Assembly (NCBI GenBank): GCA_963744995.1
Contig: CAVUWA010000005.1
Span: forward strand, 360,334-424,333
Direction: 5' to 3'
Source: Candidatus Eiseniibacteriota bacterium
Lineage (GTDB): Bacteria > Eisenbacteria > RBG-16-71-46
DNA: 64,000 nucleotides
Below are positions 29,713 to 40,853 of this stretch, piece by piece. A program made the translations under genes and the position numbers. Below the pieces are notes generated by a model. That model was not told the origin of the DNA and searched no databases. It was given only the letters and a program-made list of their open reading frames with translations. Within the stretch, counting starts at the first letter, position 1, and every line of letters starts with the position of its first letter.

Positions 29713-30763
29713 TCAGTTTCGCGCCGGACTCGACTTCGAAGCACCACCCGGAAAGTCGATCACGACCAGATCCTCGCGTTTCCCGAGGATGCGGTTCGCG
29801 TAGATCTTCGTTCCGTCCGGGGAGAACGAGGGCCGCGAGTAGGACTCCGGATCGCCGCCGCCGTGCGTCACGCGGGTGAGATCGCTGCCATCGGGCCGGA
29901 CGACGTAGATGTCGAAGTCGTAGAGGTCGGTGCCGCTGCGATCCACGAGCCCATGGCGGTCGGAGGCAAAGACGATCCACTCGCCCGTCGGCGACCACTG
30001 CGTGTAGCCGACGTAGTCGAGACTGTCCGTCAGCTGCGTCTCCTGTCCCGACGCCAGGTCGCGGACGAAGACGGCGCCGTGCGGGCGTTTCGGATCATGC
30101 GTCGCGTGCGAACGCGAGAATGCAACCTTCCTGCCGTCGGGCGAGAAGGAGCCGTAGAGGTCCCAATGCGGCCAGTGCGTGATGCGCCGCACGTCCCGGT
30201 CGGCGAGGCGCATGACGTAGACCTCGAGGTTCCTCACCCCGCCCGGGCTCGTGGAGCCCGCATCGCGGTCGGAGTCGAACACGATGAACTTCTGATCGGG
30301 AGAATAGCGGGGACGCAGATCGTTGGCCGGATGATCGGTGAGGTTCGACGGGCGAGGTGCCGTCCGTGTTCATCTCCCAGATGTCGTAGTTCCCGGAGCG
30401 ATCGCTCATGAACAGGATCTTTCGACCGTCGGGCGAGAACACCGGCATGTTGTCGTACGCCTCGTTGTCGGTCAGCTGGCGGACCGCGCCCGTGTCGAGG
30501 TCCATCACGTAGATCTCGAGGTTTCCGCTCCGGTCGGAAACGAAGGCGATCGACCGCCCGTCTGGCGACGGGCGTGGGTAGGCATCGACCCGTTGGACGA
30601 TCGGCTCGATGGCCGCGCGGGCGTCCTGCGGAACCACGGCAGCAGGAGTCGGCGCGTTCCCCTCGCCCGTGGCTGCGGCCGCCGGCGCGCCGGCGCCGGT
30701 GGCCACGGTCGTGGCGAAGGACAGGACCAGGACGAGAGCGAGAGACGCGGCGCGACGGATCAT
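29713..30763 (-). pseudogene. Secreted TolB-like PD40 repeat protein; one frameshift near 30346
   Basis: Signal peptide, repeats 'SPDGR.IAFVSDRSGN.EIY'; removing one base joins 'DGTSPV' to 'NLTDHPANDLRPRYSPD'. May be a sequencing indel. Confidence 0.8.
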
Positions 30764-31102
30764 CTTCCACCTCCCTGAATCATCGCGGTGGCCGGCGGGC
30801 CCGGGCAGGGCATGCGCCTGGGTGCAGCCTGGGGCAGACGGGCACGGTCGATGTTCAGGGCGCTTCAAATGTGTGCCGGGGCGGGCCACCGATTCACGCC
30901 CATGCGGGGGCGCCGTCCGCCATTTGCGCCACCCGGCGCACGATGTGGATCCACGCCGGAGCCCATTCGTCGCCCGCGCATCCATCCGGCCACCCGGTTC
31001 CGCCTTGAGACGACCCCGCGCGGGCACGTACCATTCTCATTCACCCATGCTCCCGTGGGCCGGCGTGCCACCCGCCCACGGGCCCCGCTCTCCGGAGGAT
31101 TC

Positions 31103-34100
31103 TTGCGCGCTCTCGTGCCGCCCCTTCGCGCCCTCGGCGGCGCCTGCCTGCTCGCGTCCTTCGCGGTGGCGGCATCCGCGGGACCGCTGCCGGAATTCGA
31201 CGCCGCCGCGACCGCCCGGCCGGCCGCCGCTGCGGTCGCGCGGACGCGGGCGGCGATCGTGCAGGCCTCGGTCCGCCGTGTCGGACGCGTCGAGAGCCTC
31301 GACCCCCGCTACGCGGTGCCCGCGTTCGTGTGGGCGAATCGGATCCCCCTGTCCGCCCACGCCGCTGCTGCAACCCACGTGCCCGCACGGGGCGCCGCCA
31401 TCGATCGGGCCGCGCGCGCGCACCTGTCGAGCCTGGAGGAACTCTATCGCCTGGACCGGGGGGATCTCGCGAGCGCGACCCTGCGGGAGCTGCACGATAC
31501 GGGCCGGGGCGCCATCATCGCATCGTACGGACAGGTCGTCGACAGCATCGAGGTGTTCCGCGACGCGTTCCACGTGTGCATGGACCGCAACCTGAACCTG
31601 GTCGCCGTCTCGGGCTACCTCCCTTCGCGCGCTTCGGCCCCGGCGGACGTCCGCGCGGCATTCGTGTTATCCGCCGCGCGCGCCGTGGCGCTCGCACTCC
31701 AGGACTTCGCCGGACTCGCAGCGCCGCCGGCGGACCTCGTCTCGACGGGTCCGTCTGCAGGGGGCTACGAGGGGTTCTCCTCGCCCGCAGCCGTCCGCCG
31801 ACAGGCCGATGGCCGCGCCGTCGAGGGCGACCTGCGCGCCCGCAAGGTGTGGTTTCACCTCGCCGACGCGCTCGAGCCGGCGTACTACGTCGAGGTGGTC
31901 GGCGAGACGGCCGCATACGCCTACGTCATCTCGGCGCGCGACGGACGGCTGCTCTATCGCCACAGTCTCATGCAGGAGGCCGCATTTTCCTACCGGGTGT
32001 GGGCGCGCACGGCCGCGCCGGAGGTTCCGATGAACGGCCCTCAGGGAGACGCTGCATCACCCCATCCGACCGGCGTGCCGGACCTCTACGACGCACCGCT
32101 CGTGGGCCCCGATCTGGTGACGCTGCAGAACGGCCCGATCTCGACCAACGACCCGTGGCTGGCCCCGGGCGCCGTGCAGACCACCGGCAACAACGTCGAC
32201 TCGTACCTCGACCTCGTCGCCCCCGACGGTTTCTCCACAGGCGACCTGCGTGCGGCGCCCTCCGGGCCGGGCGCGTTCGACTGGACCTACGACGTAAACC
32301 AGGACCCGGCCGCGGGCACGGCCCAGCAGGCGGCGTCCGTGACGACGCTCTTCTACGTGAACAACTACCTGCACGACCTGTTCTACGATCACGGCTTCGA
32401 CGAGGCGGCGGGCAATGCGCAGACCGACAACTTCGGCCGGGGCGGGATGGAAGGCGACCCGATCCACGCGGAGGGCCAGGATTACGGCGGCACCAGCAAC
32501 GCCAACATGACCACGCCCGCGGACGGCGCTTCGCCCCGCATGCAGATGTACGTCTATTCGGCACCGAAAGCCGCCAACCTGGTGATCCACGCGCCGGCCG
32601 AAATCGCGGGCACCTATGTAGCCGGCACCGCGGCGTTCGGGCCACAGAACTTCTCGTTGACCGGCGAGGTCGCCGCCGGGCAGGACGCCACGGCGCCCGT
32701 GGACGACGGTTGCACCGCGATCACGAGCGACGTCGCGGGCAAGATCGCGCTGCTCGATCTCGGCCCGTGCACGTTCGTCGCTCAGGCGCAGAATGCCGAG
32801 GCGGCAGGCGCGATCGGCGTGATCATCGTGAACAACGTTTCGGGTGGCACGCCCCCGAACCTGGGGGGCAGCGGGGCCGTGACGATCCCGGTGCTCTCGA
32901 TCACGCAGGACCTCGGCGTCGCGATCCGCGCCCAGCTCGGCGCGGGGGTCAGCGTGACCCTGAGCCGGCCGGTTCAGCTGCGGCGCGAAGGCGCGATCGA
33001 CGGGGACATCATCGCGCACGAGTGGGGCCACTACCTGAGCAACCGCCTCGTCGGCGACGCCAACGGACTCACCACCAAACAGGCGCGCGGAATGGGCGAG
33101 GGCTGGAGCGACTTCGTCGCGCTGGTGATGACCGTCCGCGCGGGGGATGACCTGACGGGCTGTTATCCCATCGGCCCCTACGTGCTGAGCGGGAACCTGG
33201 TCGCTTCGAACGTCTACTACTACGGCCTTCGCCGCTATCCGTACTCGACCGACATGACGAAGGACCCGCTCACGTTCCGCCACATTTCCGCCGGAGAGGC
33301 GCTGCCATCCGGACCGCCCATCCACGGCGATCCGAGCGGATACAACAACGCCGAGGTCCACAATACGGGCGAGGTCTGGTGCTCCATGCTGTGGGAATGC
33401 TACGCGGCGCTGCTCGGAGACTCGGGCAGGCTGACGTTCGACGAAGCCCGCCAGCGCATGCTGGACTACCTCGTTGCGGGCCTGCAACTCACGCCCAACG
33501 CGCCGACGTTCATCGAGGCGCGCGACGGGATCCTCGCGGCCGCGCTGGCAAACGATCCGGCGGACTTCGCGCTCATGACGCAGGCGTTCGCCCGGCGCGG
33601 TCTGGGGACCGGCGCCGTGGCCCCCGATCGCTACGACGTCACGAACTCGGGTGTCGTCGAGAGCTTCTCCGTCGGTGGCGACCTCGCCATCGTTTCGATG
33701 GCCCTGACCGATGAGCCGTACAGCTGTGATCACGACGGCTACCTCGACAACGGTGAGCGCGGCATGCTCGCGATCCAGGTCGCGAACACGGGCTGGACTT
33801 CGCTCGCCGCGACCTCCGTGTCCGTTTCGGCGTCGAGCGGGGCGGTGTCGTTCCCGGGCGGCAATGCATTCGCCCTTCCGGCGACCGCGCCGTTCGAGGC
33901 GACCTCACTGGAGGTGCCCGTGGACCTGAGCGGGGCGGCGCCCGGCGAGGTGGTGAGCCTGACCGCCGACGTCGACGACCCCGGCCTGCTCGAACCCGGT
34001 CCGCGATCGCTCACGTACTTCGACGTCGTGCAGGTCGACGAGACCCCCTCCTACACGGACGACTTCGAGGTGCACGCACCCGACTGGACCGCCGACGGCG

Positions 34101-34936
34101 CCGTCGGAAGCGCGGGGACGCCCTGGAGCCGACAGCCGGAGTCGCCCGGAAACCATGCGATGCACGTCGACGACAGTGGTGTTGTCGCCGACTGGCGGCT
34201 GGTCACACCCCCGCTCGCGGCGAGCCCGACCGACCCGCTCGTATTCACGTTCCAGCACCGCTACTCGTTCGACTCCAGCAACGGCGTCGACTGGGACGGC
34301 GGGGTGCTGGAGCTCTCGACGGACGGCGGCGCGAACTGGGCCGACGTGGGGGCATCGGCCGTGCCCGGCTACACCGGCACATTGAACGCGATCATGGGCA
34401 ATCCGCTCGGGGGACGACCGGCCTGGACAGCGGAAAGCCCGGGTTATCCGGCCCCAAGCCCGGTGACCGTGGACCTCGGCACCACGTACGCCGGGCAGAC
34501 GGTCCAGCTGCGGTTCCGCCTGGGCTCCGATCCGGGCGGCGCTGCGCCCGGCTGGTGGGTCGACCAGGTCGCGGTGTCGGGCGCAACGAGCCCGCCCTTC
34601 CTTGGCCTCGCCGGCGAAGCGGACGCCTGCGGACCGCTCGCGGTCGGCGACGACGCACCGGCTGCCGTGGCGCTGGCACTGGTGGGCGGCCAGCCGGCCC
34701 GTGGAACGGCGCACCTGCGCTTCGCGCTGCCCGATACGCGGCGCGTGCATCTGGCGATCTACGATCTGGCCGGCCGGCGCGTCGCGACACTCGCGGACGG
34801 CCGATACGGTGCGGGCTGGCATGACGCGCGATTCTCGCGTACGCGCGGCGGCGGCGCACCCGAGGCGGGGGTCTACTTCGCGCGCCTGCTGGTGGACGGC
34901 GAACAGCTCACCCGGCGCGTGATCATCGTCCGTTAG
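31103..34936 (+). CDS. M36 (fungalysin) metallopeptidase with FTP propeptide, PA domain and FlgD/T9SS-like CTD
   Basis: 'HEWGH', 'GMGEGWSD', 'GFDEAAGNAQ', 'EVHNTGEVW', PA 'GKIALL...AEAAGAIGVII', CTD 'IYDLAGRRV...GVYFARL'. TTG start after GGAG is a best guess. Confidence 0.92.
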   Translation: MRALVPPLRALGGACLLASFAVAASAGPLPEFDAAATARPAAAAVARTRAAIVQASVRRVGRVESLDPRYAVPAFVWANRIPLSAHAAAATHVPARGAAIDRAARAHLSSLEELYRLDRGDLASATLRELHDTGRGAIIASYGQVVDSIEVFRDAFHVCMDRNLNLVAVSGYLPSRASAPADVRAAFVLSAARAVALALQDFAGLAAPPADLVSTGPSAGGYEGFSSPAAVRRQADGRAVEGDLRARKVWFHLADALEPAYYVEVVGETAAYAYVISARDGRLLYRHSLMQEAAFSYRVWARTAAPEVPMNGPQGDAASPHPTGVPDLYDAPLVGPDLVTLQNGPISTNDPWLAPGAVQTTGNNVDSYLDLVAPDGFSTGDLRAAPSGPGAFDWTYDVNQDPAAGTAQQAASVTTLFYVNNYLHDLFYDHGFDEAAGNAQTDNFGRGGMEGDPIHAEGQDYGGTSNANMTTPADGASPRMQMYVYSAPKAANLVIHAPAEIAGTYVAGTAAFGPQNFSLTGEVAAGQDATAPVDDGCTAITSDVAGKIALLDLGPCTFVAQAQNAEAAGAIGVIIVNNVSGGTPPNLGGSGAVTIPVLSITQDLGVAIRAQLGAGVSVTLSRPVQLRREGAIDGDIIAHEWGHYLSNRLVGDANGLTTKQARGMGEGWSDFVALVMTVRAGDDLTGCYPIGPYVLSGNLVASNVYYYGLRRYPYSTDMTKDPLTFRHISAGEALPSGPPIHGDPSGYNNAEVHNTGEVWCSMLWECYAALLGDSGRLTFDEARQRMLDYLVAGLQLTPNAPTFIEARDGILAAALANDPADFALMTQAFARRGLGTGAVAPDRYDVTNSGVVESFSVGGDLAIVSMALTDEPYSCDHDGYLDNGERGMLAIQVANTGWTSLAATSVSVSASSGAVSFPGGNAFALPATAPFEATSLEVPVDLSGAAPGEVVSLTADVDDPGLLEPGPRSLTYFDVVQVDETPSYTDDFEVHAPDWTADGAVGSAGTPWSRQPESPGNHAMHVDDSGVVADWRLVTPPLAASPTDPLVFTFQHRYSFDSSNGVDWDGGVLELSTDGGANWADVGASAVPGYTGTLNAIMGNPLGGRPAWTAESPGYPAPSPVTVDLGTTYAGQTVQLRFRLGSDPGGAAPGWWVDQVAVSGATSPPFLGLAGEADACGPLAVGDDAPAAVALALVGGQPARGTAHLRFALPDTRRVHLAIYDLAGRRVATLADGRYGAGWHDARFSRTRGGGAPEAGVYFARLLVDGEQLTRRVIIVR

Positions 34937-35102
34937 AGCGAGGTGAGCGGCGTCGCACCGGTTCGACCTTCGTGCACGCGCCGCCGCAGCGAACCCCCGC
35001 CGGACGTGCGGGCCATCTGCTCCGACGACGCCCCGGCGTGCGCTCAGGGACAGGTAGCGCGTGGCGTGACGGCCCGCGTCAGGCCCCCCTATAGTGCGTC
35101 CC

Positions 35103-37307
35103 ATGCGCAGAAAGACGAAGAAGAACCTCCCTGGGACCGGGGCACGCGCGCCGTTGCCATCGCACGCCGCGCAGGACGAAGCTCACGCCGACGGTCCGCA
35201 TCCGCGCCGCCTCGGGCGCTGGCTGGTCCTGCTCGTGCTGGGGCTTGCGACCTTCGCCGCGTTCTCGGGCGTCCTGTCGAACTCGTGGATCGCCCTCGAC
35301 GACGGCTGGTACATCAGAGACAACCCGCACGTGAACACCGGCGTGACGATCGCCAACCTCCGGTGGTTCCTGCACGCGGTGCACGGCGGCAACTGGCACC
35401 CCGTCACCTCGTACTCCCACATGCTGGACGTCCAGCTGTTCGGGCTGAACCCGGGCGCCCACCATGCGGTCAGCCTCGCCATCCACTGCATCAACGTCCT
35501 TCTGCTCGCCTGGGTGCTCTATCGAATGACCGGCGCGTGGTGGCGCAGCGTACTGGCCGCCGCCCTGTTCGGTCTCCACCCGCTGCGGGTCGAGTCGGTC
35601 GCATGGGCCGCGGAACGCAAGGACGTGCTCAGCACGCTGTTCCTGCTCCTGACCCTCGACGCCTACCGGCGGTGGGTCCTGTCCCCGGGCCGTCTGCGGA
35701 TGGCCGCCGTGATGGCGCTGCTGGCGCTCGGACTCATGTCCAAGCCCATGCTCGTCACCGTGCCGTTGCTGTTGCTGCTCCTGGACGTGTGGCCCATGGG
35801 GCGGCTGCAGGGCCTGCCGCGGAATTTTGCGCCGCACCCGGACTTCCACGGGTTGCCGCGGCGCACCGCATTCGTCCTGGTTCGAGAGAAGTGGCCGCTG
35901 TTTCTGCTCGTGGCCGCATCCGCCGTGGCGACCCTCTGGGCGCAGTCCGCGAGCCACGCCGTGATTTCGACCGCGGCCGCACCGGTGGGCAGCCGAATCG
36001 CCAACGCCGTGGTGAGTTGCTGGCGCTACATCGGCATGACGCTGTGGCCGGTCCACCTGATTCCGTTCTACCCGGATGCGCCGCTGGGGATCCCGCTCGT
36101 GATGGGGTGCGCAGCGGGGCTCCTGGCCGCCACGATTCTGGTGCTGGCAGGCTGGCGCAAGCGTCCGCACCTGGCGATCGGGTGGATCTGGTACCTCGTC
36201 GCCCTGCTTCCCGTGCTCGGCCTGATCCAGGTCGGCGGCCAGGCCTACGCGGACCGCTACACCTACATTCCGACCATGGGTCTGATGATCGCCATCACCT
36301 GGATCCCACGGGGGAAATCTTTGTCGAGGGCTGCGTTCCTCGCAGCGGTTCCAGTCCTCGTCGTCCTCGGCATCCTCACGCACCGGCAGGTCGCGCGGTG
36401 GAAGGACACGAAAACGCTGTTCACGTATACCCTCCACATCAGTCCGCGCAACGCCATCGCCTACAACTGCGTCGCCCTGGCGAAGCTCGATGAAGGCGAC
36501 GAAGCGGGTGCGATCCACGACTTCAAGGCGGCCATCGCCGTCAACCCGGCCTACCGCGATCCGTACCGGAACCTGGGCCTGCTGTTCAACCGCCGTCACG
36601 CGTGCGAAGAGGCGCTGCGTTACTGCGAGGCGGGAATGAAGATCTACCCGGACGCCGGCCTGCTCGAGCAGGCCGCCCTGGCGAACCTGGGCCTGGGCAG
36701 GGTGGACGCCGCGGAACGACTGTTTCGCCGCTCGCTCGAGCAAGAGCCCGACAACCTGGTGGCCGTCCGCAACCTCGCGGTCGTGCGCAACATGCAGGGC
36801 CATCCCGAGGATGCCGTTGCGTTGCTGCGGCGCGTGGAACGGGCCGACCCGCGCGATCCGCACACGCCGTTCATCCTCGGCAAGGTCCTCTACCTGCAGG
36901 GGAAGCAGCCACAGCTCGCGCTCGAGCAGCTGAGACGCGCCGTCCAGCTGAACCCGGATTGGCCGGAGCCGCTGATCGTACTGTCGCAGGTTCTGGCCAC
37001 GGATCCGGACTCGTCGCTGCGGGATCCTGCGGAGGCGGCCCGCCTGGCCACGCGCGCGGTGGAGCTCACCGCGGGTGGCAACGTTGACGCACTTAACACA
37101 CAGGCGCTCGCCATGGCCGCCCTCGGTCGTTACGACGCGGCGGCTTCCGCCACACGTTCGGCGCTCGAGCTCGCGAAGCAAAGCGGGCCGGACTCGCTCG
37201 CGGCTGCACTCCTGCAGCGACTCACGACCTACGAGGCCCGGGCGCGGACGAGCGACCGCCGGAACCCGCAAGCCCGTTCACCGGGAGCTCCTGATGAACA
37301 GCGGTGA
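35103..37307 (+). CDS. TMTC-like membrane protein: GT-C-type TM region plus TPR repeats
   Basis: 'LDDGWY', 'NWHPVT', 'HPLRVESVAWAAERKDVL', 'SKPMLVT', 'ADRYTY', C-terminal TPRs. Confidence 0.85.
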   Translation: MRRKTKKNLPGTGARAPLPSHAAQDEAHADGPHPRRLGRWLVLLVLGLATFAAFSGVLSNSWIALDDGWYIRDNPHVNTGVTIANLRWFLHAVHGGNWHPVTSYSHMLDVQLFGLNPGAHHAVSLAIHCINVLLLAWVLYRMTGAWWRSVLAAALFGLHPLRVESVAWAAERKDVLSTLFLLLTLDAYRRWVLSPGRLRMAAVMALLALGLMSKPMLVTVPLLLLLLDVWPMGRLQGLPRNFAPHPDFHGLPRRTAFVLVREKWPLFLLVAASAVATLWAQSASHAVISTAAAPVGSRIANAVVSCWRYIGMTLWPVHLIPFYPDAPLGIPLVMGCAAGLLAATILVLAGWRKRPHLAIGWIWYLVALLPVLGLIQVGGQAYADRYTYIPTMGLMIAITWIPRGKSLSRAAFLAAVPVLVVLGILTHRQVARWKDTKTLFTYTLHISPRNAIAYNCVALAKLDEGDEAGAIHDFKAAIAVNPAYRDPYRNLGLLFNRRHACEEALRYCEAGMKIYPDAGLLEQAALANLGLGRVDAAERLFRRSLEQEPDNLVAVRNLAVVRNMQGHPEDAVALLRRVERADPRDPHTPFILGKVLYLQGKQPQLALEQLRRAVQLNPDWPEPLIVLSQVLATDPDSSLRDPAEAARLATRAVELTAGGNVDALNTQALAMAALGRYDAAASATRSALELAKQSGPDSLAAALLQRLTTYEARARTSDRRNPQARSPGAPDEQR

Positions 37308-38033
37308 GCTCAGCCACCCCCAGCGCGCGAGACGGAACGTCAGCGCCGTGACGAGGCAGCCGAGGCCGTATTTCACCGATCGCGGGAAGTTGATCGACGA
37401 CGCCTCGGAGAAATAGCGGGTCGGGCACGAGATTTCGGCGATGATCTCACCGCGCCACAGCGTCTCGGCCAGCACCTGATTGTCGAACACGAAGTCGTCC
37501 GAGTTGTAATCGAGGGGCAGCGCGCGCAGCAGCGACGCACTGAACGCGCGGTAGCCCGTGTGGAACTCCGAAAGTTTCGATCCCATGAGCACGTTGCCGG
37601 CCAGCGTGAGCGCCCGGTTCGACACGTAGCGCCACCAGGGCATGCCCCCCCTGCGGGCATGACCGCCGAGGATCCGCGAGCCGAGCACGCACGAATAGAG
37701 ACCGCTGGCGATCAGGCTCGCCATCGCCGGGATCAGGCGCGGGGTGTACTGGTAGTCCGGGTGCACCATGATCACGATGTCCGCGCCCTCCTCGAGGGCC
37801 AGCCGGTACGCGGTTTTCTGGTTGGCGCCGTAGCCGCGGTTGCGCTCATGGATTTCGAGGCGGGTCTTCGGGAGCGTGCGGGCGATGCGTGCGGTTTCGT
37901 CGGAGCTCGCGTCGTCCACCACGATCACGAGGTCGACGACGCCCTGCGCCAGCACTTCGGCGTGCGTCCGCTCCAACGTCCGGGCCGAGTTGTACGCGGG
38001 CATGATGACGACGATCTTCCGGTCGAGCAGCAT
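37278..38033 (-). CDS. GT2 glycosyltransferase (polyprenol-phosphate sugar synthase-like)
   Basis: 'MPAYN', 'VDDASSD', 'NRGYGANQK', 'HPDYQY', 'GYRAFS'. Confidence 0.92.
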   Translation of the reverse strand: MLLDRKIVVIMPAYNSARTLERTHAEVLAQGVVDLVIVVDDASSDETARIARTLPKTRLEIHERNRGYGANQKTAYRLALEEGADIVIMVHPDYQYTPRLIPAMASLIASGLYSCVLGSRILGGHARRGGMPWWRYVSNRALTLAGNVLMGSKLSEFHTGYRAFSASLLRALPLDYNSDDFVFDNQVLAETLWRGEIIAEISCPTRYFSEASSINFPRSVKYGLGCLVTALTFRLARWGWLSSPLFIRSSR

Positions 38034-38270
38034 GGCGGTCGGGCCTGAACGGGTGGCAGGTGAGGACGCAGGCGCGCCACTGGGCCCGAAGGGCCCCGGG
38101 GCGCCGCATCGCATGGGGTCGCCGGAGCTGGCGGTCGACCCAGGGCTTCAGGATAGCCGGAGGCATCTTCCGACTGCCAGCGCACCGGGATCCGAACGCG
38201 CCATGGAACCGAGTCGGCGCCGGGCGCGCCTCGCCACGCGCACGCTGCCCGGGTGGTACGCTTGAAGGCC

Positions 38271-40765
38271 ATGAACTCCGCCTCCCACCTTCGGCCGCGC
38301 GGCGCACGCCCGGGGCGAGGCGCCCGCTGCGGCGCCACGCCGGCGCCCATCGCCGTGGCTCTCTGCCTTGCTCCTCTCCTGGCGCTGACGGCGCTCGTGG
38401 TGCTGCCCTCGACCGCGGCGGCCCTGGGGGTGCACCTGTTCCATGACAGCCCCAGGCCCGACCAGTGGGAGTCGAGCTGGGGCTACGCGGCCTCGGGCAG
38501 CCAGCTCGAGCTGGTCGACGTCAGCCACTTCCCGGTGGACACGATGCGTGCCTTCATCGGTGCGAACGCGCTGCGGCTCCACTGGACCTCGGCGGCGGGC
38601 GGGGACTGGATGCTCACCGCCGCGACCCGGAGCTGGATTCCCTTCGACACCACGCCGCTCGATTCCATCGTCTTCGCGGCGTGGAGCGACCAGGCGATCG
38701 CCGGTGAAGACCTGCCCGACTTCCTGCTCGAGGACGCGAACAACACACGCACGCCGCGCCACCCCCTGTCGAACTACGTCGCAGGCATTCCGGCCGCGAC
38801 CTGGACGCGGGTCAGCGTTCCGCTTTCGGTGTTTCGCGCCAACCCCGGCGGCGCCGACCTCACGCGCCTGAACAAGGTGTTCTTCGCGCAGGGACCGTCC
38901 AACGCGCCCGGCAGCTCGCACACGATGCTCGTGGACGAGATCCGCTTCGTCTCCGCCGGCCTCGTGACGCCGGCGGCGCCCGTCGTTTCGATGCGCGCGT
39001 TCGAGCGCCACGCCGAAGTGCGCTGGGACCCCGAGGCGAACCCGGATGCCGAAACGATGCGCATCGAGCACCTGGTCGGCGGCAACTGGCTGTCGCTGGG
39101 CGACGCGCCCGCGGCGGACGGCGCCTTCGTGGACTGGCTCGGCGCCGGCGGTGGATCGGAAACCTGCCGTGCCGTCGCGCTCGGCTGGAACTTCGATGCG
39201 TCTCCCGCGAGCGCGTCCGCCGCAGCGACTACTCACGAGATGACCGACGACGAATGGTTCGACATGGCCGAGGAGGCCGCTTTCCGCTACTTCTTTCATG
39301 GCGCGCATCCGACGTACGGCCTCGCGCGCGACCGCTACACCGGCGGCGACCTGATCTCGACCGGCGGCACCGGCATGGGTCTGATGGCGCTGGTGGCGGG
39401 TGCCGCGCGCGGCTACGCGCCGCGTGCGCGTCTCGCCGCGCGCGTCCGGCAGATCCTCGAGTTCTACGCCACCATCGCTACGCCGTATCACGGCGCGTTC
39501 TCGCACTACCTGAACGGCACGACGGGGGCTTCCGTCTCGGCGGACTCGGACGGCCTGATGCGCGGCGACATCGTCGAGACGTCCTATCTCATCCAGGGTG
39601 CGCTCACCGCCCGCCGGTATTTCGACGGCACGGTGCCCGACGAGGTCGCGATCCGCTCGCTCGCCGACCAGCTCTGGCAGGGCGTGGACTGGAACGCCTA
39701 CCGGATGACGCCGGATGCGATCTACTGGCTGTGGGGGCCCACCGCCGGGTGGACCCTGAGCTTCCCGGTCGCGGGCTGGAACGAGTGCATGATCGTCTAC
39801 CTGCTCGCGATCGCCTCGCCGACCCATCCGGTGCCCGCGAGCTGCTGGTATCAGGGCTGGTCGCGCTACGGCGCGATGGTGAACGGCAACAGCTACTACG
39901 GCTACACCCTGCCGCTCGGCTCCGCCTATGGGGGACCGCTGTTCTTCGCCCACTACTCGTTCATGGGATTCGATCCCCGCGGCAGGCGCGACCCGTACGC
40001 CAATTACGTCGAGCAGAACCGCAATCACACGCTCATCAATCGCGCCTACTGCGCCGCGAATCCCAACCAGCGCGCGGGTTTCAGCGCGGACATCTGGGGG
40101 CTCACCGCCTGCGACGGCCCCTCTTCCTACGTGGTCAACTCGCCCTGGAACGAGGAGGGCACGCTCGCGCCCACGGCCTCGCTGTCGTCCACACCCTGGA
40201 CCCCACAGGAGTCGCTCGACGCGCTGCGCGCCATGTACCGGCTCTACGGCCGGTGGCTCTACGGCCCGTTCGGCTTCCGCGACGCGTTCAACCCGGGGCT
40301 GCAATGGTTCGACCCCGACTACATCGCGATCGACGAAGGGCCGATCGCGGTGATGATCGAGAACTTCCGCAGCCGGCTCGTCTGGAACCTGTTCATGTCG
40401 AACCCCGAGATCCAGCCGGCGCTCGATGCGATCGGCTTCGTCGAGGACGCGACGGTGGACGTCGCCCCCGATGCACCGCGCGCCGTGGCGGCGCTCGGGC
40501 CGCCCGTGTGCCGCCCCAACCCGTGCCGCGGCGCCGCCGAGCTCGCGTTCGAGCTGCCGGCCGCGGGGCACGTGCGGCTCACGCTGCTCGACGTGCAGGG
40601 CCGCGAGGTGGCGCGTCTGGTGGACGGCGAACGCGCCGCAGGCCGTCACGCGGCGCACTGGGACGGCCGCGACGCCACGGTGCACCGGTCGCGCCGGGAA
40701 TCTACCTCGCACGACTCTCGGCGGCCGGGTCCTCGGCCGTCGCCAGGGTGCTGGTGCTCAGATAG
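38271..40765 (+). CDS. Secreted glucoamylase-like (GH144-type beta-1,2-glucanase) protein with N-terminal CBM-like domain and CTD; frameshift near 40680
   Basis: 'GGTGMGLMA', 'HGAFSHY', 'DIVETSYL', 'GWNECMI', 'GGPLFFAHYSF', 'WGLTA', 'IDEGP'. The CTD ends in another frame (GAPVAPGIYLARL...VLR* at 40765), consistent with one missing G. Confidence 0.85.
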
Positions 40766-40821
40766 GCGCGACCGTCGTCACCGCAGGCGGCAAAAACATG
40801 GGTCGGGCCGCACCCCCGGGG

Positions 40822-40830
40822 TGATAGAAT
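40822..40830 (+). promoter_or_regulatory. Extended -10 promoter element
   Basis: TG-A-TAGAAT, upstream of the GGAGGA SD and ATG at 40854. Confidence 0.55.
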
Positions 40831-40853
40831 TGCGGTTCCTCCTGGAGGAACCG

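Noticed and set aside
29290..30360. Programmed ribosomal frameshifting in the two adjacent broken genes
   Set aside because: No slippery sequence or stimulatory structure is seen; indel error is more parsimonious.
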